In this document: positions 19,195 to 28,662 of the stretch, piece by piece
How positions within the stretch are numbered: position 1 is the stretch's first letter
Layout: each line of letters starts with the position of its first letter
NCBI GenBank assembly: GCA_036500245.1
Contig: DASYCL010000684.1
Location: 1-41,188 of the forward strand
Direction of reading: 5' to 3'
DNA: 41,188 bases
Source of the DNA: Polyangiaceae bacterium
GTDB taxonomy: Bacteria > Myxococcota_A > Polyangia > Polyangiales > Polyangiaceae
Made by a program: the position numbers and the translations under genes
Notes under the pieces: generated by a model
Told to the model about the DNA's origin: nothing
The model's input: only the letters and a program-made list of their open reading frames with translations
Database searches by the model: none

Positions 19195-21648
19195 TCAATA
19201 TGCGCGCTCGCGCAGCTCCGCCGGGATCAGCGGGCTCGGCCGCGCCGTCGTTAGAATCCATAGTTGATGGGCTGCCCGCGTCGCGGCGATGTGCAGCAAG
19301 TGCCGCGCCTCGAGCTCGGCCGGGTACGCGGAGTCCGTCACTTCGACCGCGATCACATAGTCGAATTCGAGGCCTTTGACCTGACGCACGTCGGTCACGT
19401 CGACGCCGGGTTTAAAGGGGAAGTCTTGAGCGGCGATGCGACGCAAATAGGGCACCTCGCCGCGCTTCAGCCCGTCGTAGTACACGTCGGCTTGTTCGGG
19501 GTAGCGCGTGACCACTGCGACCGAAGCGGAGGGCTCGGTTTGCATCAGCTCGCGCAGCGATTCGGCCAAAAACGCGAGCGCATCGCCCGTATGCCCGAAC
19601 GTGTACAGCTCAACCGGCGCGCCGCTGCGGACCGCGACCGGCTCGTCTTGGCTCGCGAGCGGGCCGAGCACGGCGCGAGAAAACTCGATGATCTCGGCGG
19701 TCGAGCGATAGCTGAGTTTGAGCGGCTCGATCTCGACGTGACTCAAGCCGAGCTCACCGAGCACGGTCTTCCAATCGCTGAACCCATTGTCCATCAAGAG
19801 GCGCTGCTGTGTGTCACCCGAGAGGGTGATGCTGCGCGCTTTGCTCGACGTGTCGAGCACGACCGCCAATTCGACCGGCGAGAGATCTTGCGCTTCATCG
19901 ACCAAGATGTGCTCGTAGACTAGCGGATCCTTGTTGGCCGCGCCGCGCGTGAGCGGTCCGCGCAGCCTCTGGCTGAGCCGCAGAATCAGTGTATCGTCCT
20001 CGATGTCGAGTTTTGCGCCTTCGCTGATTTCTGCGCCGTCGATCCCGCGACGAGGGCTGTCGTGGTCGTCGTTCTGTGCCTCGGCTTCCGGTTCGCTGTC
20101 GTCGTAGAGATTCTTGGGCGAAGCCTGTTCCTTGTCTTTGCGCTGTTCGCGCCGCTCGGCGCGCTCTTCGTTGCGGCCCTCGATGTCGGCGAGCGCTTCG
20201 CCCGCGCGCGCGGCCGACCAAGCGTGGGAGCGATCGAGCTCGCCAACGCTGAATTGTCCCGGTGCAAACTGCGCAAAGTAGCTGCCGAGCGTTTGACGAT
20301 CGCTCAAGAGCTCGGACCAATTCGCGATCACGTCGCGCGCGTCCCGCAGCGCGGCGCGTGCGACGCGCTCGAGCCCGACACGCGCGTCGCGCGACAAGGC
20401 AATGTTTGCGTTCGCTTCGGTCAGCGCGATCATGCCGTGCAAGCGATGCGCGAGCGGGCGCTCCGCCGAAGCAACCCACGCCGCTTGCACGGCGCTCGCT
20501 GCTGAATCGCCCTCGACCGCGCGGAAGATCTCGGTCTCGAATTCCTGGGCGAGCGCAGCGACGTGCGCGTCGATTGCGCGCAGCATGGCCGGATGCTTTT
20601 TCAGGCGCGTGACCACGCTCGGTGTCTCATCGCTATAACGCGATGGCAGCCGCGGAAACAGGCTCTGGCGGAGCTTCTGCACCCAAGCTTCGTAAGTTCG
20701 AATCGCGACGCCGCCGACGCCGAGCGCGGGCAGCACTTCCGAGATGTAACGCGCCAGCGCATCGTTGAACACGATCGCGATCATCCTGTCCGCGCGGAAC
20801 CGGCGCGGATCATGGAACGCGAGGTAGGCGAGGCGATGCAGGCCGATCGTGGTTTTGCCGCTGCCCGCGCCGCCTTGGATCACGACCAGCCCCGAGTCCG
20901 GACTCGTGATCAGCTCGAACTGGCGACGATCGATCAGCGGTGTGATCTCTTTGAGGTGCTTGTCGTCACCGCCGTCCTGTCCAACGCCGAGTTTGCCCGG
21001 GCGGTGATGTTGCGCTGCGCGCGTCGCGGTGCCCGCGCCGCCCGCGAGCTTGGTCGAACTAGTCTCGAGCCGGCGCCATTCGCCCGTGGTTCGCCGCCCG
21101 AAAGTGCCTTGCGGCGCGCTGATCCGGCGCAGTGAGCCGTCCACGATGGTCAAGCTGCGACGGGTCGTGACGGTGCCGGAGACTTCGCGCTCGCCGAAGA
21201 CTTCATCGTAACCTTCGCCCTCTTCGTAGCGATAAAACAGCCGGCTCACCGGCGCGTCGCGCCAATCCACGATGCGCACGCCCGACTTGGTGTCGAGATA
21301 GGTACCGCGACCGATCAGCACGTCGCGTTTTTTGCCGTTTTCTTCGAGCGCCAAGTGGCCGAAATAGGGTGACTTCGGATCGACGTGCACCTCGGTGGCT
21401 TCGCGGCGGCGCGTCGACAAAATGTGCAATCGTTCCATCTGCTCGAGTAGCGGCGGCACGTCTTCGAGTCGCGCAGCGGCGATCTGATCGCGAAGATCGA
21501 GGAGCTGCGCGTCGTAGTCCGCGTTCACCTTCGGTGCCGGTTCGCGAACGCGGTTCTCCAAATGGTCGCTCACCTTGGCGAGACAGCGCTCTTCTTCGGC
21601 AGTAATGCGGTCGAGATCAGGATCGGGCGAGGTGAGAATTTCGGCCAT
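19195..21648 (-). CDS. helD: HelD/UvrD-like superfamily 1 ATPase
   Basis: SPYFGHL and IVDWRDAPVSRLFY (HelD-type N-domain), Walker A QGGAGSGKTTIGLHRLAYL, ILVDEAQD, GDTQQ, SYRSTAEI, KGLEFD, IAATRA. Start taken at ATG 21648. Confidence 0.8.
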   Translation of the reverse strand: MAEILTSPDPDLDRITAEEERCLAKVSDHLENRVREPAPKVNADYDAQLLDLRDQIAAARLEDVPPLLEQMERLHILSTRRREATEVHVDPKSPYFGHLALEENGKKRDVLIGRGTYLDTKSGVRIVDWRDAPVSRLFYRYEEGEGYDEVFGEREVSGTVTTRRSLTIVDGSLRRISAPQGTFGRRTTGEWRRLETSSTKLAGGAGTATRAAQHHRPGKLGVGQDGGDDKHLKEITPLIDRRQFELITSPDSGLVVIQGGAGSGKTTIGLHRLAYLAFHDPRRFRADRMIAIVFNDALARYISEVLPALGVGGVAIRTYEAWVQKLRQSLFPRLPSRYSDETPSVVTRLKKHPAMLRAIDAHVAALAQEFETEIFRAVEGDSAASAVQAAWVASAERPLAHRLHGMIALTEANANIALSRDARVGLERVARAALRDARDVIANWSELLSDRQTLGSYFAQFAPGQFSVGELDRSHAWSAARAGEALADIEGRNEERAERREQRKDKEQASPKNLYDDSEPEAEAQNDDHDSPRRGIDGAEISEGAKLDIEDDTLILRLSQRLRGPLTRGAANKDPLVYEHILVDEAQDLSPVELAVVLDTSSKARSITLSGDTQQRLLMDNGFSDWKTVLGELGLSHVEIEPLKLSYRSTAEIIEFSRAVLGPLASQDEPVAVRSGAPVELYTFGHTGDALAFLAESLRELMQTEPSASVAVVTRYPEQADVYYDGLKRGEVPYLRRIAAQDFPFKPGVDVTDVRQVKGLEFDYVIAVEVTDSAYPAELEARHLLHIAATRAAHQLWILTTARPSPLIPAELRERAY

Positions 21649-21915
21649 CGGGCGGGCAGAGTTCGAACAAAAATTCGGGCTTCGGCGCGTACCACGCACA
21701 GCGCACGGAGTCGACGGCTGCGGAGCGCGAGGAGCTGCTGATCTCGGGCCACGAAGTGCGGCCGGCACCGACTAATTTCCTCTTATAACATTCAGTGCTT
21801 AGAGAGGTGTGGCGACAAGGAACAGCAGCTCGGCTTTGGTCCGCTTTCGGCTAATGTCATGCTTCGAGTTAGGCGTGGCTTCGCACGCCAGAGGGAGCAC
21901 GGTTTGGAAAACTCA

Positions 21916-22899
21916 ATGCGCGCCATGGTGCTCGAGGCACCACGCGAACCTTTGGTCGAACGACGAATGCCGATCCCGCGGCTCGCCCACGGTCAGCTTT
22001 TGATTCGCGTGCGCGCATGTGGCGTTTGTCGGACGGATTTGCACGTGCTCGATGGCGAGCTCGCGGACGCAAAGTTGCCACTCGTCTTGGGCCATCAGAT
22101 CGTCGGCACGGTCGTGGCGATGGCGGAGGGCGTCGAGGGGTTTACCGAAGGGCAACGCGTGGGCGTGCCTTGGCTCGGACGCGCTTGCGGCGATTGCAAA
22201 TATTGCCTGAAAGATCGCGAAAATCTGTGCGACCGCGCGGAATTCACGGGCTACCAAATCGACGGCGGCTATGCGGAGTACGCGGTCGTCGACCAGCGGT
22301 TCGCGTTGCCGTTGCCGGGTTCGTTTCCGGACCTGCAAGCGGCGCCGCTTCTGTGCGCAGGACTGATCGGTTACCGCGCGCTCAGCATGACTGGCGATGC
22401 GGAGCATGTCGGGCTTTATGGCTTCGGTTCGGCGGCGCACATCATCGCGCAGGTTGCGGTGTTTCAGCGGCGAAAGGTCTACGCCTTCACCCGCGCGGGT
22501 GATGCGCGCAACCAAGAATTCGCGAAAAAGCTCGGCGCGACGTGGGCGGGCAGTTCGGATGCGGCGCCGCCGGTGACGCTGGACGCGGCGATCATTTTCG
22601 CACCGGCCGGCACGCTCGTGCCGCGCGCGCTGCGTGCGGTGGGCAAGGGCGGGACCGTGGTCTGCGCGGGCATTCACATGAGCGATATCCCGTCATTTCC
22701 ATACGAGCTTTTGTGGGGAGAGCGTTCGCTGCGCTCGGTCGCAAACTTGACGCGCCGTGATGGTATCGAATTTTTGGAGCTCGCGCCGCGCGTGCCGGTG
22801 CAAATGCAAGTCCAGAGCTACCCATTGCGCGACGCGAACCGGGCGCTCACCGACTTGCGCAACGGCGCCGTCAGTGGCGCGCTCGTGCTCACGATTTGA
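21916..22899 (+). CDS. Zinc-dependent alcohol dehydrogenase family protein
   Basis: CGVCRTDLH, GHQIVG, CGDCKYC...NLC structural Zn cluster, LLCAGLIG, GLYGFG. Confidence 0.92.
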   Translation: MRAMVLEAPREPLVERRMPIPRLAHGQLLIRVRACGVCRTDLHVLDGELADAKLPLVLGHQIVGTVVAMAEGVEGFTEGQRVGVPWLGRACGDCKYCLKDRENLCDRAEFTGYQIDGGYAEYAVVDQRFALPLPGSFPDLQAAPLLCAGLIGYRALSMTGDAEHVGLYGFGSAAHIIAQVAVFQRRKVYAFTRAGDARNQEFAKKLGATWAGSSDAAPPVTLDAAIIFAPAGTLVPRALRAVGKGGTVVCAGIHMSDIPSFPYELLWGERSLRSVANLTRRDGIEFLELAPRVPVQMQVQSYPLRDANRALTDLRNGAVSGALVLTI

Positions 22900-22994
22900 C
22901 GCGATTGCCGGAAGGCCGCAACACGTCGCCGAAGGCTGCGACGGCCCGCGACGTAACGCGTGACCATCAAACCCAAATCAATGTGACTATATCC

Positions 22995-23211
22995 CTCTTT
23001 TCGCGCCGGAGCGGGCGCAAGGCTTGAGCACTCGCCGGGCTGACCACGGTTTTCGACGCGCTTCGCGATCCCCGACGGGGGGAGAAGGGCGGCCGCGTTA
23101 AAACTGACCGACGCGCTTCGTGACACCCGAAGGGTGAACAGGCGCCCGTCGCGTCACTCGATCCGGAAGTGGCCGAGCGCCGTGCGCAGCACAGGGCCCA
23201 AAAAACAACCC
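22995..23211. repeat. Modular dispersed repeat, copy B (one REP-like unit, tail with two hairpin inserts)
   Basis: CTCTTTTCGCGCCGGAGCGGGCGCAAGG, followed by blocks collinear with 14396-14517. CGACGCGCTTCG.GA..CCCGA.GGG.G occurs twice (23054, 23109). Confidence 0.75.
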
Positions 23212-23212
23212 A

Positions 23213-24781
23213 TCAATTCCGAACCACCCCATCCCCCGCGCTGTACGGCGCGCTGCGATCAATCGTAATTTCGCGGCGCAGCGCGCGCGCGAGCGGCTCG
23301 AGTTTGTCGCGAGCGGCAAGTAACTCGAGCTCGAGATCGCCCGGGCCGTCGACGACGATGTCGAGGCGAGTCGGGAAGATGTAGCAACGCAAGCGTTTGA
23401 CCAATTGACTGTGGCCGCGATCGAGTGCGACCGCGAGGCGTAAGATCGCGGACAGTACCTTGACCAGGCGCTGCTGTTCAGCGCCGAGCCGCGCAATGCG
23501 CTCATGGAGTTTCTTCGGGCGCTCGCCGCGATGATAAAGCACGAGTAAGCCGAGGAGCTCGATTTCTTCTTCGGTGAAGCCGCGCAAGGTGGAGTTGCGC
23601 ACGATGTAGCGCGAGTGACGGTGGCGATCGGCGTAACCGATTTGACGGCCAACGCCGTGCACGAGTGCCGCAAACTCGAGCAGCTCGCGTTCGTACGCGC
23701 CGAAGCCGTGAATTTCGACGGTTTGATCGAACAGCTCGAGCGAGAGGCGCGCGATATGGTGTTCGCGTGGATCGTCGCGCTCGTACTTGCGCGCGAGCTC
23801 GACGATGCTGCGCCGGCGCGGATCGGGGATCGGCGCATGCGTCGTCGGCGCGCGCCCGTGGCGCTCCAGGAAATCCCAAATCACGCCTTCGCGCAGCGAA
23901 GCGTCGCAGAGCGTGAGCTCTTCGACTTCGGCCATCTCGAGCAGCTCGGTGAGGAGTACACCGCCGAGGTGAATGGTGTCGGCGCGCGCTTCACCGATGC
24001 CCTCGATTTTGGCTCGTTTCGCCGGATCGAGCTCGAGTAGGCGGCGCGTCAAATCGCGGATGTCGCGCTTCTTCGCGGTTTGCGCGTTGAGCGAACGCCA
24101 CGCGGTGCCGCCCGTGGCGAGATGCGCGGCCTCACCCAGCGTGCGAATCGTGCCCGAAGTGCCGACCACGCGATCGAAGCCGAGTTTGTGTGCTTGCGAC
24201 ATGACCTCGGCGGCTGCGCCGTGCACGTAGCCTTGTAGTTCGTACAGCTCGCGCATGGTGAGCGGCGCGGAGGTTCCGTGATGGTCGAGCAAGCGTTGCA
24301 CGCCGAGGCGCAGGCTCTCGTTCATCAGCACTTGGGTTTGAGTGCCGAGCGAAAGCTCGACGCTGCCGCCGCCGATGTCGAGCACGAGAACGCGCTCTTT
24401 TTGCATGTCGATCGCATGGCGCACGGCCAAGAAGATCAGCCGCGCCTCTTCGGTGCCGGAGATCACCCGCGGCAGCACGCCGGTTTCGCGAAATGTCGCG
24501 TCCAAAAATTCGGTGCCGTTTTCGGCCTCGCGCGTCGCGCTGGTCGCGACTGCGAGCACCTCTTCGACGCCGCGGCTCTCGGCCAGCTTGACGTAACGGC
24601 GCAGCACGTCGAGGCCGTCGGCGAATGCGCGTTCGCTCAGGCGCATGGTGCCGAATAGGCCTTGGCCGAGGCGAACCATCGTCTTTTGACGATCGATCAC
24701 GCTGAGGCCATGTTCGGGGTTCACCTCGACTACGACCATGTGCACGGAGTTCGTGCCGATGTCGATTGCGGCGATTTTCAT
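23213..24781 (-). CDS. ppx: Exopolyphosphatase Ppx/GppA with C-terminal HD-like domain
   Basis: ATG 24781; MKIAAIDIGTNS, ATSATREAEN, ISGTEEARL, DIGGGSVEL, GTSGT, LREG. Confidence 0.9.
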   Translation of the reverse strand: MKIAAIDIGTNSVHMVVVEVNPEHGLSVIDRQKTMVRLGQGLFGTMRLSERAFADGLDVLRRYVKLAESRGVEEVLAVATSATREAENGTEFLDATFRETGVLPRVISGTEEARLIFLAVRHAIDMQKERVLVLDIGGGSVELSLGTQTQVLMNESLRLGVQRLLDHHGTSAPLTMRELYELQGYVHGAAAEVMSQAHKLGFDRVVGTSGTIRTLGEAAHLATGGTAWRSLNAQTAKKRDIRDLTRRLLELDPAKRAKIEGIGEARADTIHLGGVLLTELLEMAEVEELTLCDASLREGVIWDFLERHGRAPTTHAPIPDPRRRSIVELARKYERDDPREHHIARLSLELFDQTVEIHGFGAYERELLEFAALVHGVGRQIGYADRHRHSRYIVRNSTLRGFTEEEIELLGLLVLYHRGERPKKLHERIARLGAEQQRLVKVLSAILRLAVALDRGHSQLVKRLRCYIFPTRLDIVVDGPGDLELELLAARDKLEPLARALRREITIDRSAPYSAGDGVVRN

Positions 24782-24783
24782 GA

Positions 24784-25494
24784 CTACGCCACCGCTGCGA
24801 GCTCCGAAATCAGCTTGGCGAGCGCGTCGAGCGCCGCGGGCGCGATGGTGTGTCCGCCGTTGAAGGGCATGAACTCGACGTTCAAGCCGGCGGCTCCGAA
24901 ATCGTCGCGCAGGCGCTCGGCCAACGCGAACGGCAGCACCGGATCGGCGCGACCATGACTTTGCACGACACGCAGGCCACGCCGCGCGGGCATCAGCTTC
25001 AGCCACTCGTCGTAAGTGATGGTCGTGCCGCTGAGTACGGCGAGCGCGCCGAACTTCCGTTGGCTGTGCAAGACGACGTCGGTTGCGATCATGGCACCTT
25101 GGGAAAATCCGCCGAGCAGTGTCGTCTCCGGCTTGGCCGCGAAATCGCGTTCGAGCGCGTCGAGCATGCCGAGTACCGCGCCCCGCGCTTCCTCCAAACC
25201 CACAGGAACCTCGTCGATGAAACGCTCGACCGTGCCTTGCTCGTAGCGCTCCTGGAGGCGTGCCATGTCGATGTGCCACCAAGCTCGGCCGCCGAAGCCG
25301 AGGTCGAGCGGTGCTTCCGGAAAAACGAAGCGCACTTCATGCGGGACGGCGAGCTCGCGCCAAAGCGGGACCAAATCGGTGCCGGGCGCGCCGAAACCGT
25401 GCAGCAAAATCACGATCGGGCCGGCGCCGCCGCCTTCGCGATCGCTGCCGCCGGTGATGCGCGCTTTCAGTGTGCCGAGGGTAAGCTCTCTCAT
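24784..25494 (-). CDS. Phospholipase/carboxylesterase (alpha/beta hydrolase)
   Basis: ILLHGFGAPG, FVFPEAP, GGFSQGA nucleophile elbow, HGRADPV, GGH. Confidence 0.88.
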   Translation of the reverse strand: MRELTLGTLKARITGGSDREGGGAGPIVILLHGFGAPGTDLVPLWRELAVPHEVRFVFPEAPLDLGFGGRAWWHIDMARLQERYEQGTVERFIDEVPVGLEEARGAVLGMLDALERDFAAKPETTLLGGFSQGAMIATDVVLHSQRKFGALAVLSGTTITYDEWLKLMPARRGLRVVQSHGRADPVLPFALAERLRDDFGAAGLNVEFMPFNGGHTIAPAALDALAKLISELAAVA

Positions 25495-25608
25495 CGGCCG
25501 CGACTTTAGCGCGAGACATTGGCGCCGCGCGCCAAAAGTCACGAAGCGCTAGCTGATGGCCGGCCGAGTTTGACTGGGCGTGGCCCTCGTGGTTCTTTTG
25601 AGGAACGC

Positions 25609-26016
25609 ATGGATCTCAAAGCCTTGATGAGCGAGCTCTTGGGCGAACTCGGGCGCGTTTCCAAGGCGGATGGCGTCGTCGGCAGCGTGCGCGACGCGGG
25701 CCAAGCCAAGGTGCTTCCGCTCAGCAAGATCAGCATCGCGTTCGGCACCGCGATCGGTGACGTTGGCGGGACGGCCAAGCGCGGAAACGATGAACGCGAC
25801 GCGGACGCCGAAGTCGGCGGCGCGGGCGGCGCGATCGTAGTCGAGCCGCGCGCGTTCGTAGTCGTCGGCGAAGACGGCGTGCCGCACATGCTCGCGCTCC
25901 ATCGCGGTAAAACTGCGGTGGTGCGCCGCGGCGTCGAGATTTTGCCAGCGTCCAAGCCGCCGGAGGCGTTGCCGAACGGCGCAACTCCGCGGCTCGGATC
26001 CGGCGAAAAGAAGTAG
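25609..26016 (+). CDS. GerW/YtfJ-family protein (copy 1)
   Basis: GAGGA RBS before ATG 25609; VVG.....G...VLPLSKISIAFG...GGAGGAIVVEPRAFVVV, the YtfJ pattern. Confidence 0.7.
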   Translation: MDLKALMSELLGELGRVSKADGVVGSVRDAGQAKVLPLSKISIAFGTAIGDVGGTAKRGNDERDADAEVGGAGGAIVVEPRAFVVVGEDGVPHMLALHRGKTAVVRRGVEILPASKPPEALPNGATPRLGSGEKK

Positions 26017-26039
26017 CTCGGTCGAGGAGCATCGCACCG

Positions 26040-26729
26040 ATGTTCCTGTGGCTCGCGCTGATTTCGTCGCTGCTCGTGCTGCTCGGACTGTTGTCGCAAG
26101 TGCCGCTCAAGCTCACGAGCAGCGTGCAAGGCAACGCTGAACCGAGCGGGGCTTGGGCCGTCGCTTGCGGTGTCGGCGTCGGCCCACTCGCGTTGAGTGC
26201 GATCGGGGCGCGCGGCGTGGCGCCGTTTCTGACGTGTCACGTGTTCGGCAAGCAGCTCGCGCAGATTCCGTTGTCGCGTTGGCAGCGCCGCGAAAAGCCG
26301 CGCGCCAGCGCGCCGGCGAGCGCGCCCGAAAGCGAAGCGCACGCGCCACTGACACGGATCGAAGTCGCTCTTTCCCGCTTATTTCGCTCGCTCGATCCGC
26401 TCGAGGCGCTGCTCTCGTGGTGGCAAACCGAGCGCATTTTTCGGATCGAATCGCTGATCGTCGAGGTCGGCTACTCGTTCCAAGATGTGGCGCTGACCGG
26501 GCGTATTTTGGCCGCGCTCTATGTGCTTTCGGGCGTGCTGCCCGCGTCGTGCGAGATCCGCCAAACGCCGGGCTGGGAGTCCGAAGATCGCGCGGCGCTC
26601 GCGGCCGACGGTACGTTCAAGCTTTGGCCGGGCCGGCTCCTGCTCTGGGCCGTTCGATTCGTGCTAAAGCAAAGGTCCGAGGCGCGACAGAGCGCCCGGC
26701 TGGCGAAGCGGGCGACAGAGCCGTCATGA
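26040..26729 (+). CDS. Membrane-anchored protein, DUF2953/YtfI-like
   Basis: N-terminal TM anchor; YSFQDVALTGRILAALY resembles the DUF2953 G..D.A.TG motif; lies between two YtfJ-like genes. Confidence 0.5.
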   Translation: MFLWLALISSLLVLLGLLSQVPLKLTSSVQGNAEPSGAWAVACGVGVGPLALSAIGARGVAPFLTCHVFGKQLAQIPLSRWQRREKPRASAPASAPESEAHAPLTRIEVALSRLFRSLDPLEALLSWWQTERIFRIESLIVEVGYSFQDVALTGRILAALYVLSGVLPASCEIRQTPGWESEDRAALAADGTFKLWPGRLLLWAVRFVLKQRSEARQSARLAKRATEPS

Positions 26730-27196
26730 GCGAATCCAAGATCGGCGACATCGTGAACAGTTTGCTCTCGGGCGTGCATGGCATCTCGAAGAGCGAAACC
26801 ATCATCGGCGAGCCCCAACAAGCCGGCGATGCGACGGTGATCCCGGTCCATCGTTTGAAGATCGCGTTTGGCGCGGGCAGCGCAACGGCCGGCGCCAAGA
26901 GCGGCAAGATGGGCGGCAAATCCGGCGGGCACGGCGCGGGTGGTGCGGTCGAGATCGATCCGGTCGCGGTGATCGCGATCAGCAAGCAAGGCCACGCGCA
27001 TTTGCTCACCGTCGAGGGTGATGAAAGCAGCGCTTGGTCCGCGCTGCTCGCGGACGTGCCGGACATTCTCGGGCGTTTGGCGCAATCAGTGGGAGATCGC
27101 ATGCGCAATGAGCTCGCCGTCCGCGGCGTCAAGACGAGCGAGGTCGCGGCTCCGGCGGAGGCCGCGCCGTCCGCGCTCCCCGACAAGCGCGAGTGA
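26726..27196 (+). CDS. GerW/YtfJ-family protein (copy 2)
   Basis: ATGA overlap with the upstream stop; ETIIGEP...GDATVIPVHRLKIAFGAG...GGHGAGGAVEIDPVAVIAI. Confidence 0.8.
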   Translation: MSESKIGDIVNSLLSGVHGISKSETIIGEPQQAGDATVIPVHRLKIAFGAGSATAGAKSGKMGGKSGGHGAGGAVEIDPVAVIAISKQGHAHLLTVEGDESSAWSALLADVPDILGRLAQSVGDRMRNELAVRGVKTSEVAAPAEAAPSALPDKRE

Positions 27197-27202
27197 GCTC
27201 AC

Positions 27203-28534
27203 TCAAGCGGCCGCGCTGAGTACGGCGCGCAGCGAGCGTTCGAGCAGCGTGAGGCACTGACGAATGCTCGGCGAATCGACGCACAAAAACGGCCGGAATC
27301 GGATCGAACGTGGCCCGCACGCGAGCACGATCAGCCCTTCACCGAAACAGCGCTTCACGGTTTGATTGCGGAGCTCGCTGCTCGGTAGATCGATCGCGCA
27401 CAGCGCGCCGAGGCCGCGCGCATTCGAAACTTCGGGGATGCGCGCAGTCAGCGTTTCGAGACCCGAGCGGAGCTCAGCGCCTCGCGCGGCCGCGTTCTCG
27501 AGCAAGCGATCTTGCGTGATGATTTCCAGGATGCGAGTCGCGCGCACCATGTCGACGAGCGAGCCGCCCCAGGTGCTCGAAATCCGGCTCGGTATCGTGA
27601 ACACACTTTCGACCTCGTCGATGCGAGATGAAACCAAGATCCCGCCGACCTGCATCTTCTTCGCGAAGCACACCACGTCCGGCGCGACGCCGAGGCGTTG
27701 AAACGCCCACCACGCGCCGGTGATGCCGACTCCGGTCTGCACCTCGTCGAAGATCAAGAGCGCCTCTCGCTCGTCGGCAAGGCGGCGCAAACCAGCCAAA
27801 AACTCCGGGCGAAAGTGGTTGTCGCCACCTTCGCATTGAATCGGCTCGATCAGGATCGCGGCGATGTCATGGCCGCGCACGTCGAATGCGCGTTCGACCG
27901 CGGCAAGCGACGCGCGTTCACTTTCGGCGATCTCCGCTTCATGGCCTGCGCTCGGAAAGGTGAGTCTGGGGACTGGAATGCGTGGCCAATCGAATTTCGG
28001 GAAATGCAGCGTCTTCGTGGGATCCGTGTTCGTGACGCTCAGCGTGTAGCCGGCTCGGCCGTGAAAAGCCTGTTCGAAGTGCAGGATTTGGCTTCCGCCT
28101 GCCGCTCTGCCCGCCGCGAGATTCTTGCGCACCTTCCAATCGAACGCGGCCTTCATGCCGTTCTCGACTGCGAGCGCACCACCTTCGACGAAGAAATAAT
28201 GTGGGAATTCGGGCGGCGCGGCCGTTTGCGCGAGCGTGTCGACGAATTCTGCGAAGTACTCGGTGTAGAAATCCGGATTGCCGACCTTGGTCACCGCGGC
28301 GCGCGCCAGACGTTGCTGCGTGTCCGCCTCGAGGATGCCGGGGTGGTTGTAGCCGAGCGGATTCGACGCGTAGAAACTCGCGAAATCTAGGTATTGTCGG
28401 CCAGTGATCGCGTCCACGGCGTAGGCGTCGTGGCTCTGCTCGAGGTCGAGCACGATCGGGTACCCGGCGGCGAGCAGGTGTCGCTTGAGCGTCTCATGTA
28501 CCGCCCGAGGCGGTATCCGCATGTGGGTGGCCAT
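27203..28534 (-). CDS. lat: L-lysine 6-transaminase (class III PLP aminotransferase)
   Basis: FFVEGGALAVEN.MKAAFDWK, AFHGRAGYTLSVTNTDP, FPKFDWPRI, EPIQCEGGDNHF, FDEVQTG, FAKKMQVGG, SRISSTWGG. An alternative ATG lies at 28549. Confidence 0.88.
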   Translation of the reverse strand: MATHMRIPPRAVHETLKRHLLAAGYPIVLDLEQSHDAYAVDAITGRQYLDFASFYASNPLGYNHPGILEADTQQRLARAAVTKVGNPDFYTEYFAEFVDTLAQTAAPPEFPHYFFVEGGALAVENGMKAAFDWKVRKNLAAGRAAGGSQILHFEQAFHGRAGYTLSVTNTDPTKTLHFPKFDWPRIPVPRLTFPSAGHEAEIAESERASLAAVERAFDVRGHDIAAILIEPIQCEGGDNHFRPEFLAGLRRLADEREALLIFDEVQTGVGITGAWWAFQRLGVAPDVVCFAKKMQVGGILVSSRIDEVESVFTIPSRISSTWGGSLVDMVRATRILEIITQDRLLENAAARGAELRSGLETLTARIPEVSNARGLGALCAIDLPSSELRNQTVKRCFGEGLIVLACGPRSIRFRPFLCVDSPSIRQCLTLLERSLRAVLSAAA

Positions 28535-28662
28535 CGACAAGTCTAGCATGGCCGCTCGATTCTCGCCTCGGTGAGCGGCGGCAGCACGGCGGCCGCGGAG
28601 CTCGCGCCGAACACTTCGGGACTGCTCAAGCCGCGGGATTTGTGGCTTACTGCCGCACGCAC

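Noticed and set aside
21770-21812. AT-rich patch with CCTCT...AGAGG inverted repeat as a possible dif or att site
   Set aside because: No TTATGTTAAAT-like XerD arm and no integrase or tRNA nearby; more likely part of the divergent helD/adh promoter.
24782-25282. N-terminal extension of the 689-aa Ppx ORF (and similar extensions on lat, RND, MFS, YtfJ-2, HelD)
   Set aside because: The extensions overlap neighbouring genes or promoters and lack family similarity; internal starts fit the conserved N-termini.
27203-28534. lat as marker of a beta-lactam (cephamycin) or other biosynthetic cluster
   Set aside because: No NRPS, pcbAB/pcbC or tailoring genes nearby; lysine catabolism is the simpler explanation.
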